Source: Armatimonadota bacterium (GTDB lineage Bacteria > Armatimonadota > Fimbriimonadia > Fimbriimonadales > GBS-DC). Taken from it: DNA of 64,000 bases. A program made the position numbers and the translations under genes. The DNA lies in contig JBBIJY010000003.1 of NCBI GenBank assembly GCA_037445735.1, forward strand, positions 32,001-96,000, read 5' to 3'. Of this stretch, positions 29,401 through 38,520 are shown piece by piece; positions within the stretch are counted from its first letter, which is position 1; each line of letters opens with the position of its first letter. The notes under the pieces were generated by a model. It was not told the DNA's origin. It did no database searches and saw only the letters and a list, made by a program, of their open reading frames with translations.

Positions 29401-29883
29401 CTGGAGCAGGTTCAGCAGCCAGTCGGCAATCGCTGGGCGCGGGGATGTTTCGAGCGCGGGCGCGTCGAAAGATTGCTCGCCGACAGTTTCGAACACCTGC
29501 GCGTCGCCCCCTCTGATGGCTTCGGCAAGTCGCCCCTCCCACTCGTTGAAGAGCCTCTCTTCTTCTGGAGAAAGCCCGCGCGGGAGGTTGCTGGTGTCGC
29601 TGGTTTGCTGGCGCAGTTCCTCACGGGCGCGGTTGAGGGCGTTTCGCAGCGCTTCGAGCTGGGCGCGTTCCAGGTCGGCGTTGCGGGGCGGTCGGAAGCG
29701 GCGAATCGCGTTCTCCAGACGCTCTCTGGAGAAGTCCGCTGCCGCTGGCACTGCAATCTCCCCCAGCACGCTGCCGATGAACCCGCCTGCGAAGCCGCCG
29801 ATGGGTCCGCCCATCACGCTCCCCAGAGCCATGCCTGCGGCGATGCAGGCGTCCCTGACAGGGTTTTCGCCACCGAAGAGCAT
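26485..29883 (-). CDS. NACHT/STAND-type NTPase (NLR-like) with N-terminal glycine zipper and C-terminal TPR-like repeats
   Basis: FVGR, Walker A APAGYGKT, Walker B LVLLIDALDE, TEGLTLY, FAHPLL; repeated GQRE(E/Q)AxxxFxExL units. Confidence 0.8.
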   Translation of the reverse strand: MLFGGENPVRDACIAAGMALGSVMGGPIGGFAGGFIGSVLGEIAVPAAADFSRERLENAIRRFRPPRNADLERAQLEALRNALNRAREELRQQTSDTSNLPRGLSPEEERLFNEWEGRLAEAIRGGDAQVFETVGEQSFDAPALETSPRPAIADWLLNLLQRLTEPTPIPSSLSEFLKTRLPDLFRHEFAQLLKDPQHQRAWIAFQKQMLDATLQALRETQQLTPEIAQGVQLLQERHEQFTRTFSEWLESEPDRWQERARELAHSITEPILHAIRDTRERVEFIVNLLGEKHRYRLLHEGTLRFLQAYTQEIFVGRHDILANLEAFLTTRSSGTAVVHAPAGYGKTRLMMKLLNRLQARGDTDVAFHFFSTREELGGLGTRVEYAYAHLLLQLGHITSMQVYLPDNNPDELRAQLLYQIRELKPPRKRLVLLIDALDEADAPILYPPLPDTLPDGIFVIVSARWDNRPEPPPYLEAWLRRADAQFALDALSEDDLREWVSNIEPLRAYADDPDFISQLHQRTEGLTLYARYLLEDLQESPDPKQALQNAPRGMQEYIQRQIRQLASHVSNAQGIRRMFALLTVVKAPLPESDLETLCEVSVWDLQNLPQPVRRWFLCSEAGWQFAHPLLAIEFRNALGGEAEWMEQALLNHCARWKEHKSGYALRHYSTHLMERAPRDKAAAEALYTLALDDNFLQAQREAFPTEPDLLLKPLQQAIQVASQRDEAVILTQLMLRHAQIVEATRSTRSPYEIWRTTGNLEHALKVADMYEARIRTLWYLMLAEAQPDREQRKVVLERLTESSVLSLERRWHQLFASALLQLIAEDIEKGFLEKLKSLLPDHCWTDIERSFTEETAQAPEEESEVELETIDLYQRAEAQVKRVKRLAQSGQREEALRLFAETLGTTSRIVDAYTPIWALAAIAEARARSGQREQAEQVFGEALAAARVIVEPYWRANALTAIAESLALVGQREEAQQIFDEALKAYPRIETATCRGVWESALRAEALAREGQREQAIQLFDEAVNVVRGVPDIEKHIGARVIAQEQARAGLFADAVNTAQLLAGKYHEVFPRVAKAMVEAGDRQYYKQLLLPCAYFRLSALRMCAVLIRAYPEQAEAIGKVVLEAIGGGESC

Positions 29884-29952
29884 AACGGTATGATTATACC
29901 TCCTGCAACTATACTGTCAGGGGTTTCCGAGCGGGTGTTCGCAAAAAAGGAA

Positions 29953-29986
29953 AGCCCCCTCACCCGTACCCGCTCCCCCGCAGGCG
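29953..29986. repeat. partial palindromic repeat
   Basis: AGCCCCCTCACCCGTACCCGCTCCCCCGCAGGCG. Confidence 0.75.
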
Positions 29987-30068
29987 TTGATATGGGTTAT
30001 AATTATGGTAGCCCTGTGCGCCCGATGAGCGCATGGGGGAGACCAATCTGATGAATGGTGGAACAACG

Positions 30069-30884
30069 ATGGGACGGCTGGTTCGGGTGTACGCACTTGT
30101 TGGCGCAGGCGTTCTGTCGTTGCTGGTGACGGCAGGCTGGTCGCAGAGGTTGACCTGGCTGGGCACGCTCGGCGGTTGGGGGAGCGAGGCTTGGAGCGTA
30201 TCGGCGGATGGCGCGGTGGTGGTTGGCTGGGCATTCAATGCCAGCGGTTATGACCAAGCCTTCCGCGGGACGCCTGCTGGGGGAATGCAGGACCTCGGCA
30301 CGCTGGGCGGCAGTGTGAGCGAGGCTCGCAGTGTTTCTTCAGACGGCGCAGTGATTGTCGGCTGGGCATGGAATGCCAGCGGTCAGACTCGCGCCTTTCG
30401 CTGGACGCCAGCAACAGGGATGCAAGACCTTGGCACGTTGGGCGGCAGTCAGAGTGGGGCTTACGGCGTATCAGCGGATGGCACAGTGGTGGTTGGCTGG
30501 GCATTCAGCGCCAGTGGTCAGACACGCGCCTTCCGCTGGACACCAGCGGGCGGGATGGAAGACCTGAACCAGACCTACGCCAGCCTGTTGAGAGATGGCT
30601 CGTATCTGACGAGAGCGCACGCCATCAGCCCCGACGGGCGCTACATCGTGGGCTGGGGCTATAATGCGGCGACGGGGTTCAGCGAGGCATACTTGCTGGA
30701 TACCTGGCGCATGGGCGATACCAACGGCGACGGTTGCATTGATGACTCCGACTTACTTGCCGTGCTGTTCGCGTTTGGCACGCCTGGCACAGGCTCCACG
30801 CGCCACGAGGACATCACCGAGGACGGTATCGTGGACGACGCGGACCTGCTGGTGGTGTTGTTCAACTTCGGCAGTGGGTGTTAG
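30069..30884 (+). CDS. secreted HAF-like repeat protein with dockerin-like tail
   Basis: Signal peptide; three LGTLGGxxSxAxxVSxDGxVxVG...AFRxT repeats; tail GDTNGDGCIDDSDLL...FGSGC. Confidence 0.85.
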   Translation: MGRLVRVYALVGAGVLSLLVTAGWSQRLTWLGTLGGWGSEAWSVSADGAVVVGWAFNASGYDQAFRGTPAGGMQDLGTLGGSVSEARSVSSDGAVIVGWAWNASGQTRAFRWTPATGMQDLGTLGGSQSGAYGVSADGTVVVGWAFSASGQTRAFRWTPAGGMEDLNQTYASLLRDGSYLTRAHAISPDGRYIVGWGYNAATGFSEAYLLDTWRMGDTNGDGCIDDSDLLAVLFAFGTPGTGSTRHEDITEDGIVDDADLLVVLFNFGSGC

Positions 30885-30997
30885 CCCTCACCCCCCTGCC
30901 TCCTCTCCCCAGGCTTGTTAGCCCCCTCACCCGTACCCTCTCCCCCACTGGGGGAGAGGGGCTAAACTTCTCCCTCCCCCGCAGGCGGGGGAGAGGG
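30885..30997. repeat. cluster of palindromic repeats
   Basis: CCCCCTCACCCGTACCCTCTCCCCCACTGGGGGAGAGGG plus two partial units. Confidence 0.9.
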
Positions 30998-31118
30998 CGT
31001 GCGGACTCCCGTTTTATGGCAGGCGGTAGCGGTAGTCCCACACGGTTTCGCCAGGCGGCACGGTCAGCTCCCCGATGAGCAGGGTGGCGCCGCGCCGTTT
31101 GTGCCACTCCCACCGCTT

Positions 31119-31706
31119 TCAGCCGAGCGCCATGCGGGTCAGCATCAGCGCTGTTACGAGGGTGTTCCAGAGCATGACGCGATGCTCGCCGTTCGCCCAT
31201 GCGGTCTGCCAGCGGAACTCGCCTTCGGGGGTATGCCAGGCGCGATGGGGCAGCGGGATCAGCAGGGGCACACGCTGGCGATACTCGTCGTGCTGGGGGA
31301 ACAGCTCGCTCAGGCGGCGCTCCTCCATCGCGACGGCGCACCCGTACAGAAACGCGCTGTACGCGCCAATCAGCCCACCATACGGCAGCCAGCCCACCAT
31401 CGTACACCAGCCGCCGAGGATCAGCAGCATGCCGCCGTAGAGCGGATGGCGCACGCGCGCGTACGGACCCGCCGTGATGAGATGCGTATTTTTCTGCAGA
31501 TAGCCCGCCGCCCACAGGCGCACAAGCGAACCGAGCAGCACCAGCAGGCTGCCCATCGCTGCCTCGCTAAGAGTCGGATCCGCCAGCCCAATCAGCAGGA
31601 GGGGCACAGGCAGAAAGAGCCGACTGCGCCTGCGCCCAATCCACACCACCAGACTGGTCAGTCCGCTCGCGCCTGCGTCGATTCGATCAAGAGTTGCTCG
31701 ATCCAT
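31119..31706 (-). CDS. isoprenylcysteine carboxyl methyltransferase (ICMT/PEMT) family membrane protein (start uncertain)
   Basis: RLWAAGY, LITAGPYARVRHPLYGG, EERRL, YRQRVP. Confidence 0.85.
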   Translation of the reverse strand: MDRATLDRIDAGASGLTSLVVWIGRRRSRLFLPVPLLLIGLADPTLSEAAMGSLLVLLGSLVRLWAAGYLQKNTHLITAGPYARVRHPLYGGMLLILGGWCTMVGWLPYGGLIGAYSAFLYGCAVAMEERRLSELFPQHDEYRQRVPLLIPLPHRAWHTPEGEFRWQTAWANGEHRVMLWNTLVTALMLTRMALG

Positions 31707-32818
31707 TCGGGTCCCTCGCTCAGCGGCTCGCCTTCGCCGAGCAGGCTCCGCAGAGTGCTGAAAGCCTCTTTTTGACATCGATAGTTTTCGTCCTGCCGCA
31801 GCAGCCCGATCAGGTAGCGAGCTAATGCGCTGGGCGTCGCCGCCTCCTGAATGAACTCCGGGCACACCTCGCGCTCCAGCAACAGATTGGGCAGCCCGAT
31901 ATGGCGCAGGTTCAGCCGCCGGCGGCGCAGGCGATATTCCAGATTCATCCAGCTGGAGCCGCGATAGATGATGAGCATCGGCGTGTCCAACAGCGCCGCC
32001 TCCAGTGTGGCGGTGCCGGAGCAGACAATCGCGGCGTCGGCGTGTGCCAGCATATCCCACACGGGGCGCGTCTCGGTCAGAACCCAGCCGTGTGAACCCT
32101 CCCCCCACAGGCGATGAATCCACTCCGTCGAGAAGCCCGGCGCGACCGACAGCACAAACTGCACTTCGGGCAGATAGGTGCTCACCTGTTCGGCGACGCG
32201 CGCGTACAGGGGCACATGAGCCATCACTTCGTGCCGTCGGCTGCCGGGCAACAGCGCGACAATCGGGCGGTTCGAATCCAGCCCCAGCCGATCGCAGAAG
32301 GCGGGTTTGGGCATCGACTCCCGCGCCAGTCGCAGCAGGGGATGACAGATGCGCACCGCCCGCGCCCCCATCGCCTGCAACAACTGCGCCGACCATTCAA
32401 ACGGGGTCAGAATCCAGTCGGCGATGAGGGGCAGATCGTGCCCCTGCCACTCCCGTCGCCAGCTGCCCGGCGGGATGTAATAACACACGCGGACGCCATG
32501 CGACCTCGCCCAGCGACAGAACGGGATGTTGAACGCGCCGAAATCGATGGGGATGAGCCAGTCGGGACGCTGCTCGAGCAACACCCGCCTGAGCCGCTGG
32601 AACGCACGGAATACAACAGGCAGCACGCGCAGCGATTCCACGACGCCAATCGCGCCCCAGTGGCGGCTGTCGATGAGCAGCCGCACGCCTGCCTGCTGCA
32701 TGCGCGCGCCGCCGACGCCGTACACCTCCAGCGCGGGGAACTTCACCAGCAGATGACGCGCCAGATCCGCCCCGTACAGATCGCCCGATGCCTCGCCCGC
32801 AAGAATCCACACCCGCAT
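31658..32818 (-). CDS. lpxB: lipid-A-disaccharide synthase
   Basis: AGEASGDLYG, LLPGSRRHE, SGTATLE, IGLPNLL, PEFIQ. Confidence 0.95.
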   Translation of the reverse strand: MRVWILAGEASGDLYGADLARHLLVKFPALEVYGVGGARMQQAGVRLLIDSRHWGAIGVVESLRVLPVVFRAFQRLRRVLLEQRPDWLIPIDFGAFNIPFCRWARSHGVRVCYYIPPGSWRREWQGHDLPLIADWILTPFEWSAQLLQAMGARAVRICHPLLRLARESMPKPAFCDRLGLDSNRPIVALLPGSRRHEVMAHVPLYARVAEQVSTYLPEVQFVLSVAPGFSTEWIHRLWGEGSHGWVLTETRPVWDMLAHADAAIVCSGTATLEAALLDTPMLIIYRGSSWMNLEYRLRRRRLNLRHIGLPNLLLEREVCPEFIQEAATPSALARYLIGLLRQDENYRCQKEAFSTLRSLLGEGEPLSEGPEWIEQLLIESTQARAD

Positions 32819-32840
32819 CGATAGGCACCTCCACAGCATG

Positions 32841-32927
32841 CCCCCTCACCCGTACCCTCTCCCCCTGAAGGGGGAGAGGGGCTGAACATCCTGTACTCTC
32901 TCCCCCATCAAGGGCAGAGGGGCTGAA
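32841..32927. repeat. palindromic repeat pair between lpxA and lpxB
   Basis: CCCCCTCACCCGTACCCTCTCCCCCTGAAGGGGGAGAGGG plus a degenerate unit. Confidence 0.9.
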
Positions 32928-32953
32928 CCGCCTGCCCGCTGCTGAGCGTGAAA

Positions 32954-33754
32954 CTATTTGCGTGAGGGGCGATCCAGCGCCCGCCCGTTGCGACCCTGCC
33001 GGATCTCCTCCATGAACTGGAGCAGATGTTCCAGTTCAGGATACATGGGCAGCTCGGCGCGGATGCGCTCCATCGCCTGCGTGAGGTTCAAATCGGCGTA
33101 GAACAGCAGGCGGCAGGCGGTTTTGAGGGCGGCGCGCACCTCCTCGGGGATGCCCGCCCGCCGCAGACCCACCAGATTGACGCCGTACACGCGCGCGGGG
33201 CTGCCCTCCACCAGCATGTAGGGCGGCACATCCCGCGTGATGCGCGACATGCCGCCCACCATCGCCAGCCGCCCGATGCGCGTGTGCTGATGGATGCCCG
33301 TCATCCCGCCGATGTTCGCCCCATCGCCAATCACGCAGTGCCCGCTGATGCCAACCGAGTTCGCTATCACCACGCCGTTGCCCACGCGGCTGTTGTGCCC
33401 GATATGCACATACGCCATCAGGAAGTTATCGTCGCCGATGATGGTCGCCTCGCCCTCGCCACTGGCACGATGAATCGTCACATACTCGCGGATCAGGTTG
33501 TTGTCGCCGATGCGCAGGAAGGTTCGCTCATGCTTGTACTTGCGATCCTGCGGGGGCGCGCCCAGCACTGACCCGTAGTAGATGTGATTGTTTTTGCCGA
33601 TGAAGGTGTTCTCCTCGATAATCACATGCGCCTCGATAATCGTGCCGCTATCGATCTGCACCTTCGGACCGATAATGGCGTAGGCGCCGACCTGCACATC
33701 GTCGGCAAGCTCGGCGCTCGGATGCACCATCGCTGTCGGATGAATTGCTGCCAT
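32954..33754 (-). CDS. lpxA: UDP-N-acetylglucosamine O-acyltransferase
   Basis: IHPTA, hexapeptide repeats, PQDRKY, IREYVTIHR, DVPPY, NLVGLRR. Confidence 0.96.
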   Translation of the reverse strand: MAAIHPTAMVHPSAELADDVQVGAYAIIGPKVQIDSGTIIEAHVIIEENTFIGKNNHIYYGSVLGAPPQDRKYKHERTFLRIGDNNLIREYVTIHRASGEGEATIIGDDNFLMAYVHIGHNSRVGNGVVIANSVGISGHCVIGDGANIGGMTGIHQHTRIGRLAMVGGMSRITRDVPPYMLVEGSPARVYGVNLVGLRRAGIPEEVRAALKTACRLLFYADLNLTQAMERIRAELPMYPELEHLLQFMEEIRQGRNGRALDRPSRK

Positions 33755-33764
33755 CGTTGTGTCC

Positions 33765-34256
33765 TCAAGTTTGTGGTGCGGCGCGATTGGGCGCAAGTGA
33801 ATCGGTGGTGAATCGGTCGGGGTCTAACAGCGCGAAGGTGATCTCGGCTTCGGCAACGGTTTCCTCGCCCACGCGGGCGACGGCACGCACGCGCCCCACA
33901 TCGCGCCGCATCCACAGCATCTCCACCTCAATCAGGAGCGTGTCGCCGGGCACCACAGGGCGTCGGAAGCGCACATTGTCCAGCCCACCCAAAAGCGCCG
34001 CCTTCTCCTGATTGCCCGGCATCGTCATCACCATCACCGCGCCCACCTGCGCCATCGATTCGACGATTAAGACGCCTGGCATAATCGCCCGCGCGGGGAA
34101 GTGCCCCTGAAAGAAGCTCTCGTTGACCGTTACATTTTTCAAGCCGACCACACGCTTGCCTGGCTCCAGCTCCAGAATCCGATCCACCAGCAGGAACGGA
34201 TACCGGTGCGGGATCAGGCGGCGGATCTGTTCCACATCCAGCGTCCATTCAGCCAT
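33765..34256 (-). CDS. fabZ: 3-hydroxyacyl-ACP dehydratase
   Basis: IPHRYPFLLVDR, FFQGHFP, MPGVLIVESMAQ. Confidence 0.97.
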   Translation of the reverse strand: MAEWTLDVEQIRRLIPHRYPFLLVDRILELEPGKRVVGLKNVTVNESFFQGHFPARAIMPGVLIVESMAQVGAVMVMTMPGNQEKAALLGGLDNVRFRRPVVPGDTLLIEVEMLWMRRDVGRVRAVARVGEETVAEAEITFALLDPDRFTTDSLAPNRAAPQT

Positions 34257-35094
34257 CGCGCTCCTCCGTCCGTGTCTGCCATTGCGGTCGCCGCTGCGCG
34301 ATTGCCTGCGCCAGGCGCACATCGAGCGCGTGCCCGGGCTTGATGGCGATTAGCGTGAACGCGCTCAGACGCGCCCCGCATAGCATCAGGTCGCCCAGCA
34401 CATCCAGCACCTTATGGCGCAGCGGCTCGTCCGCGAAGCGTGCCGTATTATAATACCTGTCAGGCGCGATGATTAAGGCGTTCTCCAGCGAGCCGCCGCG
34501 CGCCAGCCCCTGCCGCTCGAGCTGCTCCAGCTCGTGCAAAAAGCCGAAGGTACGCGCGGGCGCAATCTGCTCGCGGAACTGGCGCAGATCGAACCCACCT
34601 GCCTGAACCCCTATCGGTGGCGGGAACTGGATGTAGCCGAACGCATGCAGGTCGCCTGGCACCACACCCACTGCCCGATCGTCCTCTTGAACCCACACAG
34701 GTTCGCTCACCTGCGCGGCTGGTTCCTCGCCCACAACGCAGACGCCCGCCTGCTCCATCATCTCCAGAAAGGGCAACGCGCTGCCGTCCAGAATGGGCAC
34801 TTCACTGCCCGCCAGCACCTCCAGCAGGCAATCGGTGATGCCGAGCGCCCACAGCGCCGCGAGCAGATGCTCGACCGTGCCCAGCGTGCAGTCGCCCTCG
34901 CCCAGCACGACAGCGCGGTTCGTGTCGCGCACATAGTCCCAGCGAGCGGGGAACTGGCTCGCGCCCCTACGGATGAGCAGTCCGCCTTCGAACGGGTGCA
35001 GGCGCAGATGGGCGTGCTGACCCGTGTGCAGTCCGACGCCTGCGATGTCCACAGGCTTCGCGAGCGTGCGCCGTTCAGCGCGGCGGCTGTCCAC
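34249..35094 (-). CDS. lpxC: UDP-3-O-acyl-N-acetylglucosamine deacetylase
   Basis: GVGLHTG, TVEHLL, PILDGSA, APARTFG, HKVLDVLGD, GH. Confidence 0.95.
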   Translation of the reverse strand: MDSRRAERRTLAKPVDIAGVGLHTGQHAHLRLHPFEGGLLIRRGASQFPARWDYVRDTNRAVVLGEGDCTLGTVEHLLAALWALGITDCLLEVLAGSEVPILDGSALPFLEMMEQAGVCVVGEEPAAQVSEPVWVQEDDRAVGVVPGDLHAFGYIQFPPPIGVQAGGFDLRQFREQIAPARTFGFLHELEQLERQGLARGGSLENALIIAPDRYYNTARFADEPLRHKVLDVLGDLMLCGARLSAFTLIAIKPGHALDVRLAQAIAQRRPQWQTRTEERDG

Positions 35095-36412
35095 CTGATC
35101 CTTCCTCCTCTTCGGTGTAGTAGACGGTTCCACTACCCCCCTCGGGCGCCCGCACCCATTCCTCACCCTCTTTCACCGACACAATCAGGCGCGGTACCAC
35201 GAACCTGCCATCGGGGTCCTCCAGCGTGACATTGCCAATCAGGGTCAGGATTTCGTTCTTCTGGTCGTACTCGGCGCGGTCGGCAGTCAACAGGCGTTGC
35301 TTGCCGTTCTTGAGCCGCTGGATTGCCCTGATGCCGCCCGTGATGTGCGCCACCTTCTTGCGGTAGAAATACTCGATCTGTCCGCATACGGCTTCGACAG
35401 GGTAGCGCTTCGCCTCTTTCAACTTGTCTTCTTCCTCGCCTTCGGCGGGTTGCTGGTTCGGCTGCTCACGCGGTTTGATCAGCAGGCGCACATTCTGGCT
35501 GAGCATCGCCCGCTTCTGGTTGTCGGCGTACCAGAGTTCGAGCTTGTTCGCGGCGAGGTCGATGCGCGGGTCTTTCAGCCACAGGTTGCCTGTGGCAATC
35601 ACATATTTGCGCTTGTTGTCCACTTCGGCGGCGGGCGCATAGGCGGTCGTGTCGCCATCGCGAAAGTTCAGCTCGTTGCCCTTCTGCAATCCGCTGGCGT
35701 CCCAGTACCATGAGCCGAACTTAACTTCCACCTCGCGGCGGTTGGGCGGCTCGCCCGTCTGGAGCCGTATCGTGCCACGCTCGATCAGCAGCGAGCGCTC
35801 GCGGAAACTGTAGGCGAGCCGTTCCGCGCGTGCCGAGCCGTCGCGCCAGCGCAGCTGGAACGGCTGCTCGATGGTGAGCCGCATCGTGCGCAGGTCGCAA
35901 TCGACCATCGGCGCCTCGATGGTCAGGGGCGACGCGCTGACCAGAATGGGGTTCTGCAGCAGCGTGATGGTGGGCGTGCCAGGAATGTGCAGGCGGCGCA
36001 TCGGCTGATTGTAGAGTATCTCGCGAGCGGTGGCATATCCCAGCGGCTTGCCCGCCTCGTCGTAGAAAGTGCCCCTCTGAAGGTTGATGGCTCGCCAGTG
36101 GATGCGGCTCTTTTCGATTTCGATGCGTTCCACCTGCAGCGTTGCCAGCACGCGCCTGTCCTCACGCAGGGTGATCAGCGCTTCATCCAGACGCAGCTCG
36201 ATGTTCTGCAGTCCCGACTGCGCCATCTGCTGTGCCAGTCGCGCGAACGGGTCCTGACGGCGCAGCAGTTCGATGCCCCACAGCAGGGCAACGGCGACGC
36301 TCAGCGCAAGCAGCAGGCGAACAAAAACCATCCAGGGAGGCACGCGCTGTGTGAGCGGTGCCCCCAGCCGCGCCATTTCGGGCGATGGCAGCCCCTCAGG
36401 GACAATCCTCAT
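35075..36412 (-). CDS. LptC/LptA (OstA)-like beta-jellyroll protein
   Basis: Single TM followed by beta-rich repeats (ADRAEYDQKNEILTLIGNV); adjacent to lpx genes. Confidence 0.7.
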   Translation of the reverse strand: MRIVPEGLPSPEMARLGAPLTQRVPPWMVFVRLLLALSVAVALLWGIELLRRQDPFARLAQQMAQSGLQNIELRLDEALITLREDRRVLATLQVERIEIEKSRIHWRAINLQRGTFYDEAGKPLGYATAREILYNQPMRRLHIPGTPTITLLQNPILVSASPLTIEAPMVDCDLRTMRLTIEQPFQLRWRDGSARAERLAYSFRERSLLIERGTIRLQTGEPPNRREVEVKFGSWYWDASGLQKGNELNFRDGDTTAYAPAAEVDNKRKYVIATGNLWLKDPRIDLAANKLELWYADNQKRAMLSQNVRLLIKPREQPNQQPAEGEEEDKLKEAKRYPVEAVCGQIEYFYRKKVAHITGGIRAIQRLKNGKQRLLTADRAEYDQKNEILTLIGNVTLEDPDGRFVVPRLIVSVKEGEEWVRAPEGGSGTVYYTEEEEGSGGQPPR

Positions 36413-36977
36413 CAATCGGTGGTGGCGGCACGACCGAGCTGTTCGGGTAAATCTCGACCGTGCCGAAATCGATCAAGCCAGGCGAGCTGAACACTGTGCC
36501 GACGACGCCCGCCCGCTCCGATGCGATCAGACAGCCGCCGCTGGTGTTCGGATCCGCGGGCAACTGAATGATGCGCACCCTGCCCGATGGATCGGTATGT
36601 TTGATAATGGCGGTGTAGTTGGCTGGCTTCTGAATCCAGATGCCTCGAAAGCGCACATTGGAGGGCACATTGCGCAGGATGAAGTCGCCCTCGCGCGCGT
36701 TCGGGTTGAACACTCTGGCGATATTGAGCGCGATCTCATCCGAGTCAGGCTGCCCTGCCACGACGCGCCGAAAACCCAGATCGCCCTGATCGGTCAGAAA
36801 CAGCACGGTGGCGTCACCAATCGGCGCTTTCGTGACGGAGTCGATCACGCGCAGGTAGGCGACGCGCTCCTGAACAACGACGCCGCCGCCACCGCCTGCG
36901 CCACCGCCGCCGCAACCGCTCAGCAGCGGCACCACCAGAATCGCTGCAATCCGTAGCCACCAGCTCGCTCGTCTCAT
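36396..36977 (-). CDS. hypothetical lipoprotein
   Basis: Lipobox LSGC plus poly-Gly; C-terminal VPPPPIDEDCP. Confidence 0.7.
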   Translation of the reverse strand: MRRASWWLRIAAILVVPLLSGCGGGGAGGGGGVVVQERVAYLRVIDSVTKAPIGDATVLFLTDQGDLGFRRVVAGQPDSDEIALNIARVFNPNAREGDFILRNVPSNVRFRGIWIQKPANYTAIIKHTDPSGRVRIIQLPADPNTSGGCLIASERAGVVGTVFSSPGLIDFGTVEIYPNSSVVPPPPIDEDCP

Positions 36978-37069
36978 TCGCTCTCTTGCCTCCATATCGT
37001 TCGACGATTCAGCCTGCCGTTTGATTTTCCTGCCAGCGATTATACCTTCCCGTCGGGTACACTCCCGAT

Positions 37070-38488
37070 GTGGGGCGACTGGAGTTCGATGCAGAAACCC
37101 TGCGCCAGATGGGTTATCGGGTGATTGATCTGCTGGTCGACTACTGGCAGAGCCTGTCGCAGCAGCCGCTGGGTCGGCGCCCGCCGCGCGAGGAGCTGGA
37201 GCCGTTATTGAGCGAGCCAATCCCGACCGCGCCCCAGCCGTTTGAAACGGTCCTGCAGGAGTTCCAGCAGAAGGTGCTGCCGAATGTGATCCATGTGGAT
37301 CACCCGCGCTATTTTGCCTTCGTGCCTGCGCCGAACAACCCGGTGGGCGCGCTGGCGGACGCGCTGGCAGCGGGCACGAACATCTTTGCAGGCACATGGA
37401 TGGTGGGCGCGGGCGCGACGCAGGTGGAGCGCGTGGTGGTCGACTGGCTCCGTCAGCTGCTCGGCATGCCCGAAACGGCGGGCGGGCTGTTCGTGAGCGG
37501 CGGCTCGGTCGCCAATCTGGTTGCGCTCGCCGCCGCGCGGCGCCATCAGCTGGGCGACGATTTCACGCGCGGCACGGTCTACTTCTCCGATCAAACCCAC
37601 TCCTGCGTGGAGCGGGCGCTGCGCATTCTGGGCTTCCGCAGGGAGCAGATGCGCGTTCTGCCCGCCGATGACAACTTTCGCCTGCCGCTCGATGCGCTGC
37701 AGGCGCAGATAGAAGCCGACCGCTCAGCGGGCTGGCAGCCGTTCTGCATCGTGGCGAACGCGGGCACGACCAATACGGGCGCCGTTGATCCCCTGCCCGA
37801 GCTGATCCAGCTCTGTCGGCAGGAGCGGCTCTGGCTCCATGTGGACGGCGCGTACGGCGCGGCGATGGTGCTGACCGACGAGGGCAGACGCCTGCTGAAG
37901 GGCATCGGCGAGGTCGACTCGCTGGCAATCGACCCGCACAAGGGCTTCTATCAGCCGATGGCAGCCGGCTGTGTGCTGACCCGCGAGTTCGAGCATCTGC
38001 GCGACGCCTTCCGAATCCTGCCGCCCTACCTGCAGGATAAGGAGCGAGGACTGCCCGGCATCGACCTGTGCGACTATGGGGTGGAACTCTCGCGCGGGTT
38101 CCGTGCGCTCAAGCTCTGGATGTCGCTCAAGGTGTTCGGACTGGACGCCTTTCGGCAGACGATGGAGCATAATCTGGCGTTGGCTCGCCTTGCCGAATCG
38201 CTCCTGCGCGAGCGGGCGGCTTGGCAGATTGTCTCGCCGGCAACGCTGGGCATCGTGGCGTTCCGCTATGCGCCGCCCGACCTGCCCGACGAATCTGCCG
38301 ACGCGCTCAATCGTGCCCTGGTGGACGCGATGATGAGCGACGGCTTCGCGATGGTCAGCTCCACCCTTTTGCACGGGCGCGTGACCCTGCGCATGTGTAC
38401 GCTGAACCCGCGCGCCACCGAAACGGATGTGCAGGAGACCATCGCCCGCTTAGACTGTTTCGCCCGCCAGCTCCACGCGCAACGGTGA
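37070..38488 (+). CDS. group II PLP-dependent amino acid decarboxylase (aromatic-type)
   Basis: HPRYFAF, SGGSVAN, AGTTNTGAVDPL, HVDGAYG, DPHK. Confidence 0.92.
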   Translation: MGRLEFDAETLRQMGYRVIDLLVDYWQSLSQQPLGRRPPREELEPLLSEPIPTAPQPFETVLQEFQQKVLPNVIHVDHPRYFAFVPAPNNPVGALADALAAGTNIFAGTWMVGAGATQVERVVVDWLRQLLGMPETAGGLFVSGGSVANLVALAAARRHQLGDDFTRGTVYFSDQTHSCVERALRILGFRREQMRVLPADDNFRLPLDALQAQIEADRSAGWQPFCIVANAGTTNTGAVDPLPELIQLCRQERLWLHVDGAYGAAMVLTDEGRRLLKGIGEVDSLAIDPHKGFYQPMAAGCVLTREFEHLRDAFRILPPYLQDKERGLPGIDLCDYGVELSRGFRALKLWMSLKVFGLDAFRQTMEHNLALARLAESLLRERAAWQIVSPATLGIVAFRYAPPDLPDESADALNRALVDAMMSDGFAMVSSTLLHGRVTLRMCTLNPRATETDVQETIARLDCFARQLHAQR

Positions 38489-38520
38489 GGTATTCTTCTG
38501 ACGATGCAGGAGGCAGAACG

